Origin: an uncultured Dysgonomonas sp.
Lineage (GTDB): Bacteria > Bacteroidota > Bacteroidia > Bacteroidales > Dysgonomonadaceae
Length of the DNA stretch: 32,000 bases
Direction of reading: 5' to 3'
NCBI RefSeq assembly: GCF_934668725.1
Contig: NZ_CAKUOF010000022.1
Span: 4,562-36,561, forward strand
Part shown: one piece after another, positions 26,294 through 32,000 of the stretch
How the letters are laid out: every line of letters starts with the position of its first letter
Numbering within the stretch: the stretch's first letter is position 1
The notes under the pieces: generated by a model
What the model was told of the DNA's origin: nothing
The model's input: the letters and a program-made list of their open reading frames with translations, nothing else
Databases searched by the model: none
Position numbers and translations under genes: made by a program

Positions 26294-26310
26294 GTACTAA
26301 ATCATTGCTT

Positions 26311-26318
26311 TAATTTTG
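26311..26318 (+). promoter_or_regulatory. Candidate -7 promoter box for the GNAT gene
   Basis: TAATTTTG, 34 nt upstream of the ATG. Confidence 0.35.
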
Positions 26319-26351
26319 CATTTAAGTTTTACCAACTAAATTATTTATTTT

Positions 26352-26795
26352 ATGAAAGAAATTGAAATTGCAACATTAAATCATTTGAATGAATTTGCTC
26401 TACTATTTGATAAGTATCGTGTTTTTTACGAACAGCCATCAGATTTAGCGAGAAGTAAATCTTTTCTGGAAGAACGTATAAGACATAACGAGACAGTTAC
26501 ATTTCTCATAAAGAAGGACAATAAATATGTAGGCTTCGCTCAGCTGTATCCTTTGTATCACTATAAAACTTTGAAACGCCAGTGGCTACTAAGCGACCTC
26601 TTTGTAGATCATGCTTATCGTGGGTGTGGTTTGTCGATAGCACTCATAGACCGCTGTAAACAATATTGTGAAGAAACAGATGCCTGCGGACTATTGCTAG
26701 AAACTCAAAAAACAAATAAAGTAGGTAATAACTTATACCCTAAGTGTGGTTTTGAGTTAGATATTGAACACAATTACTACAATTGGTGGAAATAA
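26352..26795 (+). CDS. GNAT-family N-acetyltransferase
   Basis: 147 aa. Acetyl-CoA motif A LFVDHAYRGCGLSIALIDRC and C-terminal NNLYPKCGFE. Confidence 0.8.
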   Translation: MKEIEIATLNHLNEFALLFDKYRVFYEQPSDLARSKSFLEERIRHNETVTFLIKKDNKYVGFAQLYPLYHYKTLKRQWLLSDLFVDHAYRGCGLSIALIDRCKQYCEETDACGLLLETQKTNKVGNNLYPKCGFELDIEHNYYNWWK

Positions 26796-26804
26796 CAGTA
26801 AAGT

Positions 26805-26842
26805 AAAGAACGTGACAAGAAAAATGCCTTATCACGTTCTTT
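26805..26842. terminator. Bidirectional hairpin between the convergent GNAT and yggS genes
   Basis: AAAGAACGTGA (26805-26815) / TCACGTTCTTT (26832-26842), perfect 11 bp with a 16-nt loop. The stem can extend with one bulge into GTAAAGT / ACTTAC. Confidence 0.55.
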
Positions 26843-26875
26843 TACTTACCACAAATAATATATTTATTTACCCGT

Positions 26876-27595
26876 CTACTCATTCCAATAAAAACTATCA
26901 GGATATATACGTGCTCCGAAAATAGATGTTCCGACTCGAATCATTGTAGAACCCTCTTCTATAGCAGCTTCGAAATCTCCGCTCATTCCCATAGATAATA
27001 CAGCCATGTCAACTCGGTCGATATTTTCGCCAATTGTTTTTTGTTGTATTTCTTTTAATAACCGAAAACATTTCCGTACCGATTCATTATTGGAACTTAA
27101 AATACCGATAGTCATCAAACCTTTTATATTCAATGTATCGTATTTTGCAACTTGCTTAATCAAACCTATAGCATCATCCGGTAAAACACCAAACTTACTA
27201 TCTTCGAATGAAGTGTTTACCTGTATTAAAATATCTATCGAACGTCCTTCGTACTGAAGGCGTTGATCTAGTTTTTGAGCAAGATCGATCCTGTCAACTG
27301 ACTGAATGCAAGAAGCATACTTTAATACATCTTTTATTTTATTGGTTTGTAAGTGTCCTATAAAATGACGTTCAACCGAACGTCCCTGTAATTCAATATC
27401 TTTATCCCTGAGTTCCTGAATTTTATTTTCGCCAATCAGTTTTTCGCCGCAATCCAGAGCAATTTTTATCCTTTCGGGACTAACAGTTTTGGTAGCAAGT
27501 AAGAGCCTTACATCACTTTCAACTCTGTTAGATAATTCGCAAGCCTTTTTTATCCTGTTATGGATATAGGCGAGGTTATCAGCTATAGTATTCAT
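26876..27595 (-). CDS. yggS: YggS-family pyridoxal-phosphate-binding (PLP homeostasis) protein
   Basis: 239 aa. LLLATKTVSPERI (PLP-binding Lys context), HFIGHLQTNKIK, SMGMSGDFEAAIEEGSTMIRVGTSIFG. Confidence 0.9.
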   Translation of the reverse strand: MNTIADNLAYIHNRIKKACELSNRVESDVRLLLATKTVSPERIKIALDCGEKLIGENKIQELRDKDIELQGRSVERHFIGHLQTNKIKDVLKYASCIQSVDRIDLAQKLDQRLQYEGRSIDILIQVNTSFEDSKFGVLPDDAIGLIKQVAKYDTLNIKGLMTIGILSSNNESVRKCFRLLKEIQQKTIGENIDRVDMAVLSMGMSGDFEAAIEEGSTMIRVGTSIFGARIYPDSFYWNE

Positions 27596-27610
27596 ATAAT
27601 TCTTTTTTTA

Positions 27611-27618
27611 CAAAAATA
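27611..27618 (-). promoter_or_regulatory. Candidate -7 box for yggS (TATTTTTG on the minus strand)
   Basis: CAAAAATA on the + strand, 16 nt upstream of the yggS ATG (27595). Confidence 0.35.
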
Positions 27619-27631
27619 CACATATATGGAC

Positions 27632-27639
27632 TATATTTG
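27632..27639 (+). promoter_or_regulatory. Candidate -7 box for the MocR-family gene
   Basis: TATATTTG, 33 nt upstream of the ATG at 27672. It directly abuts the first ATACCA repeat. Confidence 0.35.
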
Positions 27640-27640
27640 T

Positions 27641-27670
27641 ATACCAATTATTACAAAATAAGATATACCA
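27641..27670 (+). promoter_or_regulatory. Two direct ATACCA (TATACCA) repeats, 24 bp start-to-start. Candidate autoregulatory operator of the MocR-family regulator.
   Basis: ATACCA at 27641-27646 and 27665-27670, both preceded by T. They lie between the putative -7 box and the ATG. Confidence 0.5.
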
Positions 27671-27671
27671 G

Positions 27672-29090
27672 ATGCTTCGACCTTGGACTATAAAAATACA
27701 ATTCGAAAAAGATTCGAAGAAAGCAATTTATCTGCAAATTACCGATCATATCATCGATATGATAAAGAATGGGACTCTCAGATCGGGAGATGTTTTACCC
27801 AGTAGCAGATTATTAGCTATGGATATGGGAATAAACCGAAATACGGTTATCAAGGCTTTAAACATCTTGTTATCTGAGGGATGGTTATATAGTGAAGAAC
27901 GCAAAGGCTTGTTTATATCTGCCAAACTACCTATCCTAATGAGACACGAAAAAAGACTGGATATACCTCTCTCAAAAACGGGAGATCAAGGTAAAGATCC
28001 GATTATTATTTTCGACAGTGGACTACCTGATACACAAATAGCCCCTATGCGCGAATTGGCAAGCGCTTACAGGCAAATATTCAACCGCAAGTCCCGGATA
28101 AACCCGATGATAAACAGAAGTGAGTTGGGTATATTACGATTCAGAGAATCTGTTTCAAGAATGTTGAATCAAACGAGAGGTATGCACACCAACCATACAC
28201 AGGTATGCATAACAAGAGGCAGCCAAATGGCTTTATTTCTGATAGCACATGCCATATTGAATGAAGGAGATATTATTTTAGTAGAAAATCCCGGCTATGG
28301 ACCTGCATGGGAAACATTCAGGCATGCCGGAGCTAAACTGGTACCGATTGCGGTAGACGAAAAAGGGATTATAGTGGAAGATATCAAACGTATTGTTTCC
28401 ACACAACAGATAAAAGCTGTATACATAACTCCTCATCACCAATATCCGACTACCGTTATTCTAAGCTTAGAAAGGCGTTTGCAATTGATCGAATTATCCA
28501 ACCACTATAAGTTTACAATCATCGAAGACGATTACGATTGTGACTTCCACTTCGGATTTCGTCCGATAGCACCTCTGTCATCTTTAGATGGTGCTAATGA
28601 TACAATATATATAGGAACCTTCAGCAAAATGATTTCAGAAAGTTTACGTATAGGATATCTTGTTGCGAATGAAGATATTATTCAGAAGGTGGGTAATCTC
28701 AGACGTATAATAGATTTACAGGGAGATAATATTATGGAACAGGCTATATTAGAACTTATTGAATCGGGTGTTATCAGGAAACATATTCGCAAAGCATCCA
28801 AATATTATCTCAATAAACGAAACTACTTTGCTTCTTTGATTGATAAATATCTTTCGGATAAGGTTATCTATAAAATGCCCGAAGGAGGGTTGGCATTCTG
28901 GCTCAAACTAAGGAATAAACAAGATATAAAAAAACTAAATCAGGCTCTAAAACTCAGGGGTATCAACTTAGTCCACTGGACAAATTATTCTTTTGACAAT
29001 GAAATTAATGGCATACGCTTAGGGTACGCCTCACTATCAGAAAATCAGCTGGAGAAAGGAATTAAAGTATTAAGTAAAGTAATTAAATAA
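27672..29090 (+). CDS. MocR/GabR/PdxR-type regulator: GntR winged-HTH fused to a fold-type I aminotransferase-like domain
   Basis: 472 aa. GntR HTH LPSSRLLAMDMGINRNTVIKALNILLSEGWLYSEERKGLFIS. Aminotransferase-like domain with the PLP-Lys context IYIGTFSKMISESLRIGYLV. Confidence 0.9.
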   Translation: MLRPWTIKIQFEKDSKKAIYLQITDHIIDMIKNGTLRSGDVLPSSRLLAMDMGINRNTVIKALNILLSEGWLYSEERKGLFISAKLPILMRHEKRLDIPLSKTGDQGKDPIIIFDSGLPDTQIAPMRELASAYRQIFNRKSRINPMINRSELGILRFRESVSRMLNQTRGMHTNHTQVCITRGSQMALFLIAHAILNEGDIILVENPGYGPAWETFRHAGAKLVPIAVDEKGIIVEDIKRIVSTQQIKAVYITPHHQYPTTVILSLERRLQLIELSNHYKFTIIEDDYDCDFHFGFRPIAPLSSLDGANDTIYIGTFSKMISESLRIGYLVANEDIIQKVGNLRRIIDLQGDNIMEQAILELIESGVIRKHIRKASKYYLNKRNYFASLIDKYLSDKVIYKMPEGGLAFWLKLRNKQDIKKLNQALKLRGINLVHWTNYSFDNEINGIRLGYASLSENQLEKGIKVLSKVIK

Positions 29091-29134
29091 TCCTGCATCT
29101 AAATATATTATACTACTGTATCTAATCTCTATTA

Positions 29135-30142
29135 TTAGATATCAACTAAAGAGGATTGGAAACTTTTACGGTATTGGGTTGGAGTTACTTCCATAAAATT
29201 CATAAACTGGCGACGTAAGTTTTCGGCAGTCTTAAGCCCACAAAAAGATGCTATTTCATCCAATGAAAATTGTGTATCGATCAAATGTTGGCTAGCATTC
29301 TCAATTCTCAACTTTGTAATAAATTTAGCCGGAGTAACCTTCAATTCGCGCACAAAAACCCGTGCAAAATTCCGGGGGCTCATCGCAGCATATTCTGCAA
29401 GAGTCTCTACAGTCAGCTCTTCCCTGAGGTGCTCCAATATCCATTCGCAAACTCTCCTCATAACCGGATTTCCTATACTTTTATAATCCAGATAAGTACT
29501 AAACTGCGACTGATTTCCGGGACGTTTCAGATACAATACCAACCAGCGGGCAATATGAAGGGCAAAAGATTGACCAAGATCTTCCTCGACAAGAGCCAAT
29601 GCCAAATCCATACCCGAAGTAATCCCCGCAGCTGTATATACATTATCATCTTTTATAAAAATACGAGCTATTTGAACATCTACCAAAGGATACATTTGTG
29701 CCAGTTCTTCGTTCTTCGACCAGTGAGCTGTTGCTTTTTTCCCATCAAGCAACCCTGTTTCAGCTAGAATAAAAGCTCCAGAGCAAACCGAACATATACG
29801 GCGGATTGTTTTTGACTGATTCTTCAGCCACTTTAGCATTTTATCCTTGCTGCTTTCGTCAAGATATCTGGCCAATCCCGTTATCATCAGTGTATCTATA
29901 GGATAATCTATCTGATCATAACATCCTTCACTAAGTATTGGTAAACCGGAAGATGTATTTATAAGCTTTCCGCCTGCCATAGACACAATGTGCGTTTGGT
30001 AAGTAAAATCAACTTTATCCTGAATAAGATTAAATTGATCTATAGCTTTACTAAACACCTCTAATGGCCCTACTGTAGTCAATAGTGTTGAGTTGGGAGG
30101 TACCAATATTACAATGTGCCTTATTTCTAATTTTCTATTCAT
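29135..30142 (-). CDS. GlxA-family transcriptional regulator (DJ-1/PfpI-like domain plus AraC-type HTH)
   Basis: 335 aa. ICSVCSGAFILAETGLLDGKKATAHW (DJ-1/PfpI nucleophile-elbow context). C-terminal AraC HTH LTVETLAEYAAMSPRNFARVF...SLDEIASFCGLKTAENLRRQF. Confidence 0.85.
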   Translation of the reverse strand: MNRKLEIRHIVILVPPNSTLLTTVGPLEVFSKAIDQFNLIQDKVDFTYQTHIVSMAGGKLINTSSGLPILSEGCYDQIDYPIDTLMITGLARYLDESSKDKMLKWLKNQSKTIRRICSVCSGAFILAETGLLDGKKATAHWSKNEELAQMYPLVDVQIARIFIKDDNVYTAAGITSGMDLALALVEEDLGQSFALHIARWLVLYLKRPGNQSQFSTYLDYKSIGNPVMRRVCEWILEHLREELTVETLAEYAAMSPRNFARVFVRELKVTPAKFITKLRIENASQHLIDTQFSLDEIASFCGLKTAENLRRQFMNFMEVTPTQYRKSFQSSLVDI

Positions 30143-30312
30143 AATTTTTTATTCCAACATTTTAATAAACACAAGTATTTATTCGGTTTTCATTACCCTA
30201 TTAATTAGTTCATAAAGATCCTAGACCTAAAAGTAAATATTATTTGACAGAACAAGTCAATTTTGGCAGTAATTGTATATTTTTTGTCATTTCAGACAAG
30301 AATATTATAATG

Positions 30313-30320
30313 TAACTTTG
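30313..30320 (+). promoter_or_regulatory. Candidate -7 box for the cupin-gapA operon
   Basis: TAACTTTG, 31 nt upstream of the ATG at 30351. Confidence 0.35.
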
Positions 30321-30350
30321 TAATACAATAAAATACTAAAGACAAAGACA

Positions 30351-31839
<1,489 letters not shown>

Positions 31840-31852
31840 CTATCTAAGAAAA

Positions 31853-31886
31853 GGCAGGCTGTATAAAAATACAGCCTGCCTTTTTG
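31853..31886. terminator. Strong bidirectional rho-independent terminator after gapA and after the convergent exonuclease gene
   Basis: GGCAGGCTGTAT (31853-31864) / ATACAGCCTGCC (31869-31880), perfect 12 bp with loop AAAA. TTTTTG downstream and GAAAA upstream. Confidence 0.8.
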
Positions 31887-31897
31887 TATGGAGGTTA

Positions 31898-32000
31898 TTA
31901 CAACAGCTGCAATGCTATTTCTGCACATGCTTCTGCATCGGCTAAAGCGTGATGATGATTCTTCAGAATATAACCACAATCTTCTGCCACAGTATGTAAC
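31898..32000 (-). CDS. C-terminal end of a DEDDh 3'-5' exonuclease-domain protein (DnaQ/epsilon-like). The N-terminus runs off the right edge.
   Basis: Manual minus-strand translation ends ...LHTVAEDCGYILKNHHHALADAEACAEIALQLL*. H-x4-D (HALAD) followed by AEACAEI is the Exo III motif context. The stop TAA is at 31898-31900. Confidence 0.45.
   Translation of the reverse strand, partial: LHTVAEDCGYILKNHHHALADAEACAEIALQLL

Noticed and set aside
26217-26300. 27-codon + strand small ORF (MKISNQKRNKHTATGLYIYFIFGIPKY) upstream of the GNAT gene, with a short hydrophobic stretch
   Set aside because: It is too short to support from sequence alone, and its 3' half is the palindromic operator candidate. 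With no conservation or ribosome-profiling data available, I treat the region as regulatory DNA.
5311-27257. Remaining short ORFs in the track that overlap larger genes (for example 5311-5499, 6391-6594, 11604-11879, 12060-12248, 13297-13506, 13662-13856, 14593-14871, 18796-19159, 20670-20903, 21240-21476, 21672-21926, 22275-22460, 24692-25243, 27006-27257; also 29270-29767 and 31038-31565)
   Set aside because: All of them are embedded in or antisense to CDSs with clear family motifs. They have biased, low-complexity translations and no independent start or stop context.

Overview
The window looks like a Bacteroidota (Bacteroidales-like) chromosomal segment. It is AT-rich, has TAnnTTTG-type -7 promoter boxes, lacks obvious Shine-Dalgarno sites, and encodes many lipoproteins and TonB-dependent components. 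I support 29 protein-coding genes (two run off the window edges), 8 hairpin terminators, and several repeats and operator candidates. I found no rRNA, tRNA, CRISPR array, transposase or integrase. From left to right the content is as follows. (1) A partial GH2 glycosidase. (2) A divergent DtxR/MntR-family repressor and a feoA / feoB-G-domain / feoB-membrane operon in which FeoB is split by an ATGA overlap. (3) An orphan KAS III (FabH-like) gene, a small lipoprotein, and a 6-TM channel with a degenerate K+ filter. (4) A long minus-strand block, doxX, two Tat-signal Gfo/Idh/MocA dehydrogenases, DUF1080, a secreted xylose-isomerase-like TIM barrel, apbE and tatA-tatC. This block matches the family set of the periplasmic oxidative (3-keto) glycoside-cleavage pathway. 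(5) A tightly packed six-gene operon, ECF sigma, FecR anti-sigma, STN-domain TonB-dependent transducer, DUF4249 lipoprotein, GY-repeat small beta-barrel and an unknown acidic lipoprotein, preceded by a GH3 gene. I consider this the best candidate for an uncharacterised uptake/signalling system. (6) A GNAT gene, then a divergent yggS / MocR-family (GntR-aminotransferase) pair whose intergenic region carries ATACCA direct repeats; a related bipartite motif lies upstream of the GNAT gene. (7) A GlxA-type regulator divergent from a cupin-gapA operon, and a partial DEDDh exonuclease gene at the right edge. All functional calls come from reading motifs in the translations by eye. No database search was run.
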